From IMG/VR virus record IMGVR_UViG_3300043470_001272: DNA of 64,000 nucleotides, one strand, 5' to 3'. The notes beneath the pieces are model-generated. The model was not told where the DNA came from and made no database searches. It worked only from the letters and a program-made list of their open reading frames with translations. The DNA is from an uncultured virus (IMG/VR IMGVR_UViG_3300043470_001272). Taxonomy: Duplodnaviria > Heunggongvirae > Uroviricota > Caudoviricetes. The position numbers were made by a program, and so were the translations under genes. Shown here piece after piece: positions 41,301 to 50,900 of the stretch; within the stretch, counting starts at the first letter, position 1, and each line of letters starts with the position of its first letter.

Positions 41301-44300
41301 AGTTCTGTTTTTAAAATAGAAGTATAGTCATTTACTGATTTTTTATATGAGTCTACTACTTTTTTATTTGCTGAATTTTTTAATTTACCAGCATCAAATA
41401 AAGCATCTAATACTAATACTCTTTTTTGTGTAGGTACGGTAACTTCTTCTTTAAACTTAGCAGCAATTGCAGTTACCTCTTTAAAATAATTTAAGTAAAT
41501 AATATTGTTTTGAACTTTAGCATCAGCTTTAATTGAAGCTTGTTTTTCATCTGCAAAAATATCATCAAACTCACCAGTTAATGATAGTGTAGTAGCTTTA
41601 CTACCACTACCAAACATAGTGTATTGAATATTCTGTTCTAACATCCAATTGTGTAAATCATATAATGCAGTTCCTGGTACAGCAATTAATGGATTAATAG
41701 GAGCTACAGCAAATTTATGCATTGCTCTAGCATTTAACTTTTTAAAGTTACTATTACCTAAAGGTCCATAATAATGAAGTTTACTTACAGGGAAAGTTTT
41801 ATTGAACTTCTGTAAACTTACATCTTTACCATTAACAATATCTTTATAAAGTTGATCTTGTTCTTCACTCCAGTCATTAAATAATTTTTTAATAGCTCTG
41901 TATGCATCAATAGTAAGATAAGCAGCACCATCAGACTCTTGCATATTTGTATAAGCTTTAATATCTTTAGCAACTAATTTATCAATAGCTTCTTTACTTA
42001 ACTCAGGTCTAGTTTTATAATAGTCTTCATATAAAGCATTAGAAATTTCTGGTAAATAAATACTAGTTCTTATAGCATCTTTAATAACAGCAGAGTTAAA
42101 AGTACCTTGAATGTTTAATAGTTGTATTTTATCATTTTCTTTTTTCTGTTGACCAGCATAAGTTACTTCATTAAAGCCTTTAATATTATTGATATAATCA
42201 TAAGCAGCTTGATCAGTAACAGGAATGATACCATCAGAACTAGCTCCAGGTATTCTTTTACTTGCTTCTTCTTTAGCATGATTGTATTGAACTAAATCAC
42301 CTGTAAATAATGTGAAGGACTCAATCTTAGAAATCATATCATTATATAAGAAAGCTTTAACTAAAATTTTATTTAATTCTTTTTTATCTTGATTAGCTAA
42401 AGTTTCTTCTGAAACACCTAAAGAACTATACAAGCTATCTGCAACAATAGGCATTTTGTTAAAATACATTTCTGTATATTCTTCTTGTCTAGTATTAAAA
42501 TAAGTAAGAATGTCTTTAAATATTTTCTTTCTTAAACCATCATTTTCAGCTAAAATATCTTCTAGTTTACTTGGAGAACTAATAATACTATATAAATCAT
42601 TTTTAGTATTCTCAGAAAGCATTTTAGCAAATAAAGAAAATTCTTCACCAGCCATTTTACCACTAGGTAAAGGTCTATTAAAACCTATTACATTTTTATA
42701 TAGATCTTTATTATTAGTAAATTCTCTAACTCTGTCAAACTCTGCAGCTAAATGAGGAATTAAATAATAACCAATACTGAATGTTTCACCATTTGAATAG
42801 TCTGTACCCTTATATTTAGAAGCAAACATATTTAAGTTAACCCAATGATGATCACTTTCTTCTTTAACAATATTATCATAAACACCTCTTTGAATTTTAC
42901 CTAAAGGTTTTATACCAAAAGCAGATTTTTTCTCAGCAGCTCTTGTTAACTCAGCAACACCTGCTAATAAAGTTGTATGGAATTCTTGGAAGTTTTTACC
43001 AATTACATCTAAGTCAGCTGTATTTACTCCAGATATATCAGCAATCTGAGTACCTGCTGTAAATAAAAACTCTAAACTTTTACCTGTTTTTTTGTTACCT
43101 TTTGGATCAAATAAATGAGATAGTATTTTACTTCTATAAACATATTCATCACCTACTTTAACAACAAAAGCATCTGTATCTAAAAGATAATCTAAATGAC
43201 CATACTTTATAGCATTAGATTTAATTTCAGATAAACTAGTTAAAGTATTTAAATCTGTAATTACAGTACTTAATAAACTATGATTTACATTAGCAAAAAC
43301 TTTATTACCATCTGGTAGTAAAACTCCTGGATTAGCTGAATCAAATCCATACTGTACTTGTATATCAGCTAATTTTTTAATGTATCCAGAAACATCTTTA
43401 ACTTTACCAGTAACAATACCTTTAGGTATTGGTTTACTTAATACTTCAACTGGATTTAAAAGAAATCTACTTAAATAAGTTCTTTCTTCAGCAGTAGCAT
43501 TATCTAAGTTATCTTGAATTCTTTGAAAATCTTTTACAATGTTATATATTAAAGATACTCCATTGGTATTTATGAAATTATCAATGTTATCAGATGACAT
43601 CATATTTTTAACTTCAACAGTAGGGTCTAATTTAATACCTAATGTTTCTAAAAATTTACCTGCATTAGCTTTATCAAAATAATTGTTTTTGCTAAACTCT
43701 TTTACAAATGCATCTAAGACAAGATAATTAGTATTTTCAGCATTCTTTTTAATTATATTACTAGTCGGTGCTGAATTAAAATATGCACTAAATTTTTTAG
43801 CTGTACTTGAAGTCTCTAAAGAACTATCTGTAACTACAAAACTTTTCTTATCATTTCCTTCTTGATCTTTAGTAAATACTGTTAACTGTTTATAGTTAAC
43901 ACTTGGTAAAGAAAAAGTATGGAAAAAAGCAAAACTTAATTGTACTGCATATTTATTTGTAGCTTTTGGATTTGGATATTTATAATCCATAAGCTGTTTA
44001 ATTTCAGGATGTATTTTAGCAGCTTCAAGTAATCTATCATAAGCTATTTGTCTATCTCTGATACCACCTGTAGTTTTAGATAGTATATTAAATAGTTTTT
44101 TAAAATCTGCTTTTTCTGGAAAACCTAATTTGTTTAATACAGTTTTACCTTTTTCAATTTTAGCAATACTATTTAATACATAAATTACTTCTTTTTGAGC
44201 TAGTTGTAATACAGATTGTTTACCTGTTTTATTATCACTAAATATATCAGTATCATTATCTTCTGCATTATTAGTATCCTCATCATTTTCCTCTTCTATT

Positions 44301-47300
44301 TCAACAGCTTTTTTAGTAAGCTCATATGTAGAATTTTTTAAATGATAAGCAATAACTCCTTTTGGAGCTTCATCTTTTAATTCCCATTCAGGATCTCCAA
44401 AATTATCAATAGTTTTTTCTAAGATTTTAATCTTATCTAATATAATTTCTTGTTCTTCAGTTAAAGCAGGTAAATTATTATTTTTAATTTCAACACTTGT
44501 ATATTGTTTAGCTCCTCCTTTTACATAGTTATTATATTGTATCTCCGCATCTTTAATATTTGATACTACAATAATACCTATAGGTTTACCACCTTCTGGT
44601 TTAAAGTCATAATAGTCACCTACTATTCTGATACCATGCCAGTTCTCACCTTTAATCCTATCTCCGCGTTTGATATCTGGAGTTAGATTTTTAAAGTTAT
44701 CAATCTGAGATTTTAAAAATACATACTTATTACCCTTGTCACTTTTAATAATAGCAGCAGCATTATCTTCTATATTCTGTTTAGTCTTAAAAGAACTGAA
44801 TAAAGGTATGTCTTCTTGTTTTTGATACTGTTTTGTATAATAGTCTAATCTAGTTTTTAAAACATTTAAAACATCAGAATATAATTTACTTCTATATTCT
44901 TTTTTAAGTAATAAACCTAAAGCAGGACTTTGTACATTTACTGGGTTAACTCCTTTAGAAATTAGTTCTTTTACTTTTTTGTTCATTAAACCAGATATAA
45001 TCATATCCATACTATCAGATATAAGTATACCATCTTCTTCATTTAATACAGATTCTCTACTATTAAAAACATTAGTAACACCTCTATCTAATGATGAAAA
45101 CATCATGTTTTCTACAAGAGGTTTATAGTTTTTAAATACTCCTGGTTTATTAGAATTAAAGTTTAAATTTTTAAACCATTCATTTATTACAGGTACTTCC
45201 ATTACACCTGTTATAAAGTCTTGAGAATTAGATTGTTTTTTACCAAATAAAGATTTTAAGAAATTTAATATTCTTCTAAATAAACTATTTCTTTTAGGTC
45301 TATTATCTTTTCTGTTTTCAGACTTCATATAAGTTCTAAAGTCTTCAGCAATCATTTCTTCTACCTGAAAGAAGTTTAAACCTTTATAAGGTTGTTTACC
45401 ATTAGCATCTTTAAAATTCTTAACCTCATTATAAAGATCTGTTTTTTGTTGTTTAGTTAAATATAATTGAGAGAAAGCATGCCATGCTTCATGGTAAATA
45501 TCTACAAAAGTTCCTTTATTAGTATTAAGAGCAATGGTTGCTAAATTATCTGGATTAGCTAATGTGGCACCAGATATAAAAAATTTAGCAAATATATCTG
45601 AGTTAGCTAAATTAGTAGCAGAAGTTAAAGTAATATGTTTTTGTAACATTTTACCAAACTCAGTATTATTCCAAAAATCTTCTGCTCTATCTAATTGTTC
45701 TTGAGTTACTGTATCTGCAGTATAACCAGCTCTATATAAATCAGAATCATCATCATTATCACTAGGGGTATCATTTACTGGGTTTATATCATCATTAAAC
45801 TGAACATCAGTTTGATCTTGAGAAGTATTCTCTTCATTAAAAGTATCTGTTTGCTCTTCTGTAGCAATAGGCGCAGCATTATTTTCTCCAGGTAAAGTAT
45901 CTAATAAACTTTCTAAAGAACTTAACTGATCTTTTGATAAACTAGGATTTCCTTGAAAGGATTTTAATTCATCCCACTTATCAATTATAGTTTGTAATTC
46001 AGCTCTAGTAGTTATGTATCCTGTTTTAACTGCTTGTTTTACATTACCTAAAAATATATATGATAGATTACTACCTAATGCATTAGTTTCATTTTGAGAT
46101 TTACTTAATAATGAATCATATGTTACAGGTTCAGTATCAACTTGTTGAGAAGTTTCTTGTGTAGTTTGAGCAGGTTTTAAAAAAGGTTTTTGATATACTT
46201 CTTTGTCAGCTTTACTAAATAATACTTGTTTACTAACAAACATACTAGGTAAAGTAGATGTATATAAGTAAGGATTAAGATTTAATATAAAATCATAATA
46301 ACTTTTAGTTACTATGTTTCCATTTTCATAAGCTAAATATGTACCGTCATCTTTAAATAATTCAGGTCTATAAGCCATTGGCATACCTTTTTTAGCCCAA
46401 GCAGTACTTAAGGCATCAAAAAGTTTTTGTTTGTATTCAGCTAATTTAGCAGTGTCTAATGTTTTTAAAAAGTCTTCTGTTATATTTAGTTTATAATCTA
46501 AATCTTTTTTATCAGAATTTTTAAATACACTTAGTTTTAATGTACCAATTTCTTTTTCACTTTCACCAATAAGTATTTTTGAAAGATTTGAATTAAAAGG
46601 AATAAATTGTTTAACAAATGTAAATTTAGTTGCACTACTTAAATCTTTACTAAATACAACATCTGTTATTTGTTGAGCAATATCATTAGGTAAATGTAAC
46701 CTATCTAATTTATATGTTTGATCACCTATTCTTACTGTAGTAGTACCAGATTTAAATTCTGCAGAGTCTTCTAATTCATTTCTCATACTCTTTAATACAG
46801 ACATGTCAGCTTGTTTACTTTTAATAAACAAGTCAAAAGGTACAACAGCACTTACTTCACCACTTGGGATACCTAAACTTAAACCTTCAAATTTTACAAG
46901 TATCCTATCATTCTTTGCTGTTGGTATTTCATTAACTAATTCTTGTAATTCATCAATACTATCTTGTATAATTACTTCAGCTTCAGCAACACTAACCTTA
47001 TAACTTTTTGCAAATTGTACTGGTGATATTAATGCTTCAGTTTTACCATTAAAATCATAGATCTTATTGTTTTGAACATTTCTTAAATACTGAAATAAAA
47101 CAACATTCCCTGATTCCCATTTATCATTAGATATTTTTAAAGGAGGTCTTGTGGTGCTATCATTTACATTACCATTTTTATCAAAAGTTACAATATAACC
47201 AGAAGGATTAGTTACAACAATTATGTTTCTGTCTTTAGGTTGTAAATGATTAGGTGTTTCTGGAATAGTTACAAATCTTTCTTTATTAGTAATTGGATCT

Positions 47301-47968
47301 AAATTATTAACAACCTTTTTAAGTACACTAACAGGCATTACATGTAATGCTAAGTCTTTACCTCTATAGTTAAAATAATTAGAATTAGAACTATCAAAAG
47401 ATGCTTGTTCTAATTCTGCAAAAATGTTCATCATAGACATTCTTGTATCATCAATAGTTTCACCAAATGAAATATCTGTTTCTTTTACATTTGGATTAAC
47501 AGGCTTAAAGATTGATAATACTCCACTTGCTGCTGTAAGAGGTTTAAATACTTTAGGTTTAATAATTTTAGAAGTGTCAAGTTGTTCTGTGTTTACAGGA
47601 ACTTCTTCATTTTGTTTATTAACTATTTTAATCATATCTGCTGTATCAGCAGGATCTAAAGTTTTACTAAAATATTTAATTACATTTTCTAAACCTTCTG
47701 TAGGATTATTAAAGTTTTTTCTTAAAGTTGCTAATGATATATTAGGCTCAATAATAGATAAATCTTTTTTTAATTCAATACTTCTAATAATCTTTGGTAT
47801 ATGCTGTATAAACTTAGATGCTGTAGCAATATCTTTTTCTTTAACTATGTCATCAAATAAATTTTGCATAAAAGATTGAGAATTAAAATTATCTCCATCT
47901 TTAATCATTGATTTATATACATAAGTATAAAGGTTTTCTATTTGTTTTTCTGATAAAGCACAAATCAT
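35390..47968 (-). CDS. crAss-type virion RNA polymerase polyprotein (4192 aa) with zincin, SLOG-like and ART-like domains
   Basis: Catalytic GSDYDADK (DxDxD, 40583-40597) preceded by PRIPT; SDGAAY; HEAWH...EEMIAE zincin (45479-45493). Confidence 0.88.
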   Translation of the reverse strand: MICALSEKQIENLYTYVYKSMIKDGDNFNSQSFMQNLFDDIVKEKDIATASKFIQHIPKIIRSIELKKDLSIIEPNISLATLRKNFNNPTEGLENVIKYFSKTLDPADTADMIKIVNKQNEEVPVNTEQLDTSKIIKPKVFKPLTAASGVLSIFKPVNPNVKETDISFGETIDDTRMSMMNIFAELEQASFDSSNSNYFNYRGKDLALHVMPVSVLKKVVNNLDPITNKERFVTIPETPNHLQPKDRNIIVVTNPSGYIVTFDKNGNVNDSTTRPPLKISNDKWESGNVVLFQYLRNVQNNKIYDFNGKTEALISPVQFAKSYKVSVAEAEVIIQDSIDELQELVNEIPTAKNDRILVKFEGLSLGIPSGEVSAVVPFDLFIKSKQADMSVLKSMRNELEDSAEFKSGTTTVRIGDQTYKLDRLHLPNDIAQQITDVVFSKDLSSATKFTFVKQFIPFNSNLSKILIGESEKEIGTLKLSVFKNSDKKDLDYKLNITEDFLKTLDTAKLAEYKQKLFDALSTAWAKKGMPMAYRPELFKDDGTYLAYENGNIVTKSYYDFILNLNPYLYTSTLPSMFVSKQVLFSKADKEVYQKPFLKPAQTTQETSQQVDTEPVTYDSLLSKSQNETNALGSNLSYIFLGNVKQAVKTGYITTRAELQTIIDKWDELKSFQGNPSLSKDQLSSLESLLDTLPGENNAAPIATEEQTDTFNEENTSQDQTDVQFNDDINPVNDTPSDNDDDSDLYRAGYTADTVTQEQLDRAEDFWNNTEFGKMLQKHITLTSATNLANSDIFAKFFISGATLANPDNLATIALNTNKGTFVDIYHEAWHAFSQLYLTKQQKTDLYNEVKNFKDANGKQPYKGLNFFQVEEMIAEDFRTYMKSENRKDNRPKRNSLFRRILNFLKSLFGKKQSNSQDFITGVMEVPVINEWFKNLNFNSNKPGVFKNYKPLVENMMFSSLDRGVTNVFNSRESVLNEEDGILISDSMDMIISGLMNKKVKELISKGVNPVNVQSPALGLLLKKEYRSKLYSDVLNVLKTRLDYYTKQYQKQEDIPLFSSFKTKQNIEDNAAAIIKSDKGNKYVFLKSQIDNFKNLTPDIKRGDRIKGENWHGIRIVGDYYDFKPEGGKPIGIIVVSNIKDAEIQYNNYVKGGAKQYTSVEIKNNNLPALTEEQEIILDKIKILEKTIDNFGDPEWELKDEAPKGVIAYHLKNSTYELTKKAVEIEEENDEDTNNAEDNDTDIFSDNKTGKQSVLQLAQKEVIYVLNSIAKIEKGKTVLNKLGFPEKADFKKLFNILSKTTGGIRDRQIAYDRLLEAAKIHPEIKQLMDYKYPNPKATNKYAVQLSFAFFHTFSLPSVNYKQLTVFTKDQEGNDKKSFVVTDSSLETSSTAKKFSAYFNSAPTSNIIKKNAENTNYLVLDAFVKEFSKNNYFDKANAGKFLETLGIKLDPTVEVKNMMSSDNIDNFINTNGVSLIYNIVKDFQRIQDNLDNATAEERTYLSRFLLNPVEVLSKPIPKGIVTGKVKDVSGYIKKLADIQVQYGFDSANPGVLLPDGNKVFANVNHSLLSTVITDLNTLTSLSEIKSNAIKYGHLDYLLDTDAFVVKVGDEYVYRSKILSHLFDPKGNKKTGKSLEFLFTAGTQIADISGVNTADLDVIGKNFQEFHTTLLAGVAELTRAAEKKSAFGIKPLGKIQRGVYDNIVKEESDHHWVNLNMFASKYKGTDYSNGETFSIGYYLIPHLAAEFDRVREFTNNKDLYKNVIGFNRPLPSGKMAGEEFSLFAKMLSENTKNDLYSIISSPSKLEDILAENDGLRKKIFKDILTYFNTRQEEYTEMYFNKMPIVADSLYSSLGVSEETLANQDKKELNKILVKAFLYNDMISKIESFTLFTGDLVQYNHAKEEASKRIPGASSDGIIPVTDQAAYDYINNIKGFNEVTYAGQQKKENDKIQLLNIQGTFNSAVIKDAIRTSIYLPEISNALYEDYYKTRPELSKEAIDKLVAKDIKAYTNMQESDGAAYLTIDAYRAIKKLFNDWSEEQDQLYKDIVNGKDVSLQKFNKTFPVSKLHYYGPLGNSNFKKLNARAMHKFAVAPINPLIAVPGTALYDLHNWMLEQNIQYTMFGSGSKATTLSLTGEFDDIFADEKQASIKADAKVQNNIIYLNYFKEVTAIAAKFKEEVTVPTQKRVLVLDALFDAGKLKNSANKKVVDSYKKSVNDYTSILKTELLNKIGFKKDEDGNYTGKLNKFVELVRDELELKDTPEHLVRLLDVNLAGDLTMDFSIHPESDLIEKIIVNKIQKSIVKQKTKGESLVQVPTTFMNGIWDNAYKLETDLDKIQKYLGTNNLPFYKRGAIINKKTGERAVTDLMKVAVALQGDFKNLLNLPDPANLETTIGTVDRLNELIKDDVWLQENRDKITIAGPRIPTDAVNSIEAAEIWHFLAESFGNTVVVPSEIVAKAGSDYDADKIFFMFPNLNSDGTLIESLDTEEKDFITLLEETDELSLDKTYKGRKSSSLIEQQKKYLQNQLVKNTRDIIQLPDNFVSLIKPNEMYLVKDYVDYFRKSAEYNPKRKVHDVTEDLNTFSYEEMPGTTALEFEYNLSKFEQNLSGNKPLGILAKKNKWHTLMKTIGFILPKTYKKLVWDFIDNTFEESNINYEMVFRLPVNRTQDGNVSIANENNVDNVKIGDVFSHALQGILDRAKDPWPFLVQMVTEALPVMNHYLEAGASVPSVLKMMKSPLVDDYIRNQVYNNSAISQINRTEPLSKSAIKKASLVPLLDKFFQYNDPKILQSKIQELKINEIKESLKDTDYTVQYVYQGKKLSSTAEDFIKTKLINSDIEKISLNYDVVYIQNNNFTGNNSFLLGKENYYYAAQAAWELGFGNDTATEDELTDIIDEKDRTSMKSLAVLLHIVQAEEQFKGQDDLEMAFSPDTSIVDTTLQIINKQDSLDKLESTSKIDKKSLKNLLDNSIISSFYQNDLILDLVDNVFPLKLNEETLNFLKTKLETDYKLISNVFGTGLQGRDRFTNSFNNGLVNYIFQNYSSSMLDEKGNITVLPSNYKGVPIVESNTFTEDAVLNKGVINVNLNKIQEDYKNLRFTTDQTRDVFTAAQNPFANVNDYVKYLVVKQYLKSVFPVDTLTDNPRFKIHLNNNQNDLAKAYEVFLSERTLMNTFNRAYIMGTTKYKYTDQVLEVINNPKYNLKEKYSVLNNLSKSTTVKTGSILQLDNKALAIGPQASVYYKNLKQLGDLSVIKTNNTEDNKYITDVFANFSMFMFYQHGVGYSPLGFTKIYDPEEFVKEMQKASNNFLETQFSDNVLDYIYATVLDKTQRFKNYLPKETDSGITERLEEMKLESELEGFSSEELEQFMALTGGGNLTNIINKKLSKETPTQSSTSTNPAEYTNHSGGAYGGDTFWDIIGREYGVTDQRHYKDAGNANLSQKLKNAGVQATILTKEQMDKARTEVERLLGEKYPDTLQGNLQVRNYYQVANADAVYAIAEIDSGTKPGVFGGTNTAVQLGIKLGKPVYVFDLDTKKWYTQDTEYLETGYDKTKHEWNYNGWIETPTPTLTKNFAGIGSRDIESYNIQKEGKWVPREQYKGPEVEAAAKQAIRDVYENTFKAPSQSSTQPTGVKAYRTSGTFSSKVNYAQRGSGSYYALDKPFQEMGAENPVEEVTVTYDPSKTLDATTTEGQTKFMNIKRFAIEGKTFASMKDSNDAVREAMISNGYNSLIGWIDEDIQEAGRELVIYDSQPTNLKEGVSELFESNTELSNIGTPQQYTEWINYLTTQGKLAGTKVTDILYHGSDQEFDTFDKTKRGSATGDGYFQDEEQTPIDSLNAFFFSTEPSVSEQYGLLRRLQQIENLTSVLSNTLLNWSSAKDIRKYSPELADHLKEKQKELSTDELKNYIKELYQKYNKVNKDLGTGFLNMYNNYTKLGKQLQDLKNKKEDIISGRYVHNSFIKDKPDLGISFYNKEGSPLAMGIYIYNDGEIKSGEFNKRNITSLSSQEFDRLINVGEKSYKAGIEELNTTMSKAKITPLLYRVLLNVQKPLVKDFEGKTFVNQAYEAGAQYEASKLTNQAAKSKGKFDSVIFKNILDPYMSDNYGVFEPEQVYILGGKEDREDFKNFISSSPNQTTQLMGDLYTVEEQTKILDHFRTAPQYKNAYSNLSNDDLIAKINIKLADPEKRNTTIELLNNCFK

Positions 47969-50900
47969 TATAAACAGTTTAAGTCATCAAATAAATTCTT
48001 TCTTGCCTTTGCTAAATCTATAGCATCTGCTTGTTCTTCTACAGTATTAATATACTCAGAATTATTTAAAAACTCATCAACATTAGTTTTATTTTCTGCT
48101 GCATTTTGTTTTTCATTTTCTGTTGGTGTATATGTAGATTTTTCAGTTGGAGTTTCTACATCTTTATAAGATGAGAAGTTTTCCATAAATTCTGTTAAAC
48201 TCATAGTTTGTGGATTAGTATTACCATTTGTATTTTGAATAGTAATTGTTTGTTTATCTGCATCTAAATTTAACACAACTACCTCTGAATACTGTTCTAC
48301 AAAGTTACTATTTAAGGCATAATATTTACTATTTATTTTAGGTAATTCACTAACCTTAACTGGTAGATTACTTTCATAACTTCCTACTTCATTTATAACA
48401 TTGATGATAGCATTATATAACTTACTTGGTGTAATACCATCTTTTTCAAAGAAAAGTAAATCATCACTCATTACACCAGGATAAATATTATCATGAAAAG
48501 CTTGTAAAGCATATTCAGCACCTTTAGTTTCAGCAAGAGTTTGCCAAGATTTAATTTCTGCTAATTCTTCTTCAGTAAAAGTAACTTGTTCTGTTGGAGC
48601 TGGTGTTGTAGTTTTAGCTTGTGGTTGAGCTTTACCTTTAGTTTTCTTAATAGGATTAACTGGAATAATTTTTTGCATTATTTCTTTTGCAGTTAAATTT
48701 ACTACAGTACCATCCTCATTAATAGGAATAATTAAATTCTCATCTAATGTAACATTGAAAGGTTTCTCATTAGGATCCCCTATAGGTTGTTTTTCTATAT
48801 CTAATACTATGTCAGGTCTACTAGCATAAGCTATCTTTCTACCTTCATATTCTAAAGCTACCGGTAATATAGTGATACCATATTTTTTACCAATAGTATT
48901 CTCAATTAAATTAGCATAACCAACTTGTTGTAATGTGTTTTCAGCTCTTTTGTTAAAGCCGTAACCACTATCACTTTTATATTGAGTCCATTTTCTAGCA
49001 TCTGCAGATTTTAAATCCACAATAAACTTATTACCCTCTTTATCTACAAAGATAAAATCTATCTCTCCAGCTACAGGCTCAAGCATATTATCATTATCAT
49101 CTATTAGAGTATCAGAAGCTACTATCAAATCTTTAGCATATACCCATAATTCACCAGAGTCTATTCTTCTTCTTATATCTGTAATGAAACCATTTGCACC
49201 AAAAAGAGCATCAAATGCTTCTTCTGATATTTTAGCAGAATCATATGGTATGTCTTTACCATCTAAGAAGCTTTTAGTTAGTGTATCTAAATAAGTTCCT
49301 CCTTTTCTTTTATTCTCATAGGTATTTTCATCAATAGTATTTACTATATAGTTCTTTAACTCTTGGTCAGATAGTATTTTCTCTTGTCCTTCTTTTAATT
49401 CAGATTCTAATTCTTGTCTTTTATTTTGTAAAGCTTTGACTTGTTTAGCAATAACACTTTGTTTTAAAGTATCATTATAGATCAAATTAGCTATCTCATT
49501 ATTAAGACTATTAATTTTAGCTTTAAGAGCAGCACTACCTTGAGCTCTAAGATTAGTAGACTCTTCTGAAGTTTCTTCTAAAGCAGCTAGTTCTGCAGCG
49601 TATTCTTTATTAATTTCATCTATTACACCTTGTTTGCTGTTTGCTCTATATTTTTCTTGCCATACATCATTTTTATCCCCTCTTGACTTTAAAGCAGAGA
49701 TGTAATCACCGTACCAACCTTGTGCTTTATTAGAGTATTCTTTTACTGTTTTTAATGCTTCATTCTGTCTTCTTTTTATATCAGCTTTAGTATCTGTAGT
49801 ACCTAAAGCAGCTAGTTTTGCATCATATTTTCTTTTTAGATCAGCTAATTCACTATCTCTTGCATTGGCCAGATTAATTGCATATCTAAACTTGCCTACT
49901 TTTTTAATTTTAGAAGCATAGTCTTTAACTATAGAAGCAACCTGATTATCATATTCTTCTTGGGATATATTTTTTAAAACTAAAGGTTTTGACAAATATT
50001 CTAGATTTAATAATCTTTGTACATAAGCATCTTCTATTTCTTTAATACCTTTATCTATACCTGATTTAAAGTAATTTACAGAACTTTCGTCTAATAAATT
50101 TAAAGCTTCTAATCTTTCTATATCAGCTTTAGCATCTGTAGAAACAGGAGTATAATCTTCAAACTCAATATCATTATCAAGAATTCTTTTTTGTTCTTCT
50201 TTACTTAAATTACTAATTAAACTATCTTTATAACCTAAAGTATTTAATCTAGCTTTTAATTGAGGATTAATAACAGCACCTACAGATATCTGTTGTTCTG
50301 GAACAATAGATTCTAATTCTTCTCTAATAGCTTTATATACTTCTTGATCAAATCCTGATGCATCACCATACTCATCTTCTAAAGATTTCATAAAAGCTTT
50401 TAGACCATCTTTAGTAAATCCAAGTTCACCAATAGTACTATCTACTAACTCTTCAACTTTTGTTCTTTTAAGACTTGTAAATAAAGACACCTTAGATTTA
50501 ATAGCATTAGACATTCTTTCATGCTTAGTACCATCTATGAAATAATTAGTTTTAGTTTGTACTATGGATTCATATAGATTAGCTAATTCTAATATTTCAT
50601 CAATAGACTTTTGCATAGCTTCTGGTCTTGTAGAATCAAAGTCTTCTTGTTCTTCTTCTAGTTTTTCTCCGTATTTTTTCTTAACAGCTTCTACATCTTC
50701 AGGATTAGGAGCCATATCTATTTTAAAAATGGTAATTTTACTAATAGGAAATTCATCAAAAGATTTTATTTTTTCAACAGAAAGTTCTTCTTTTGTTGGT
50801 AAAAATTTATCATCTTCTCCAAACTGAAATAACTTATCATCTTCTTTTATAAATTTTAAAGTAGAATTAAAACTTTTACCATCACTAGCTTCTACAGTCA

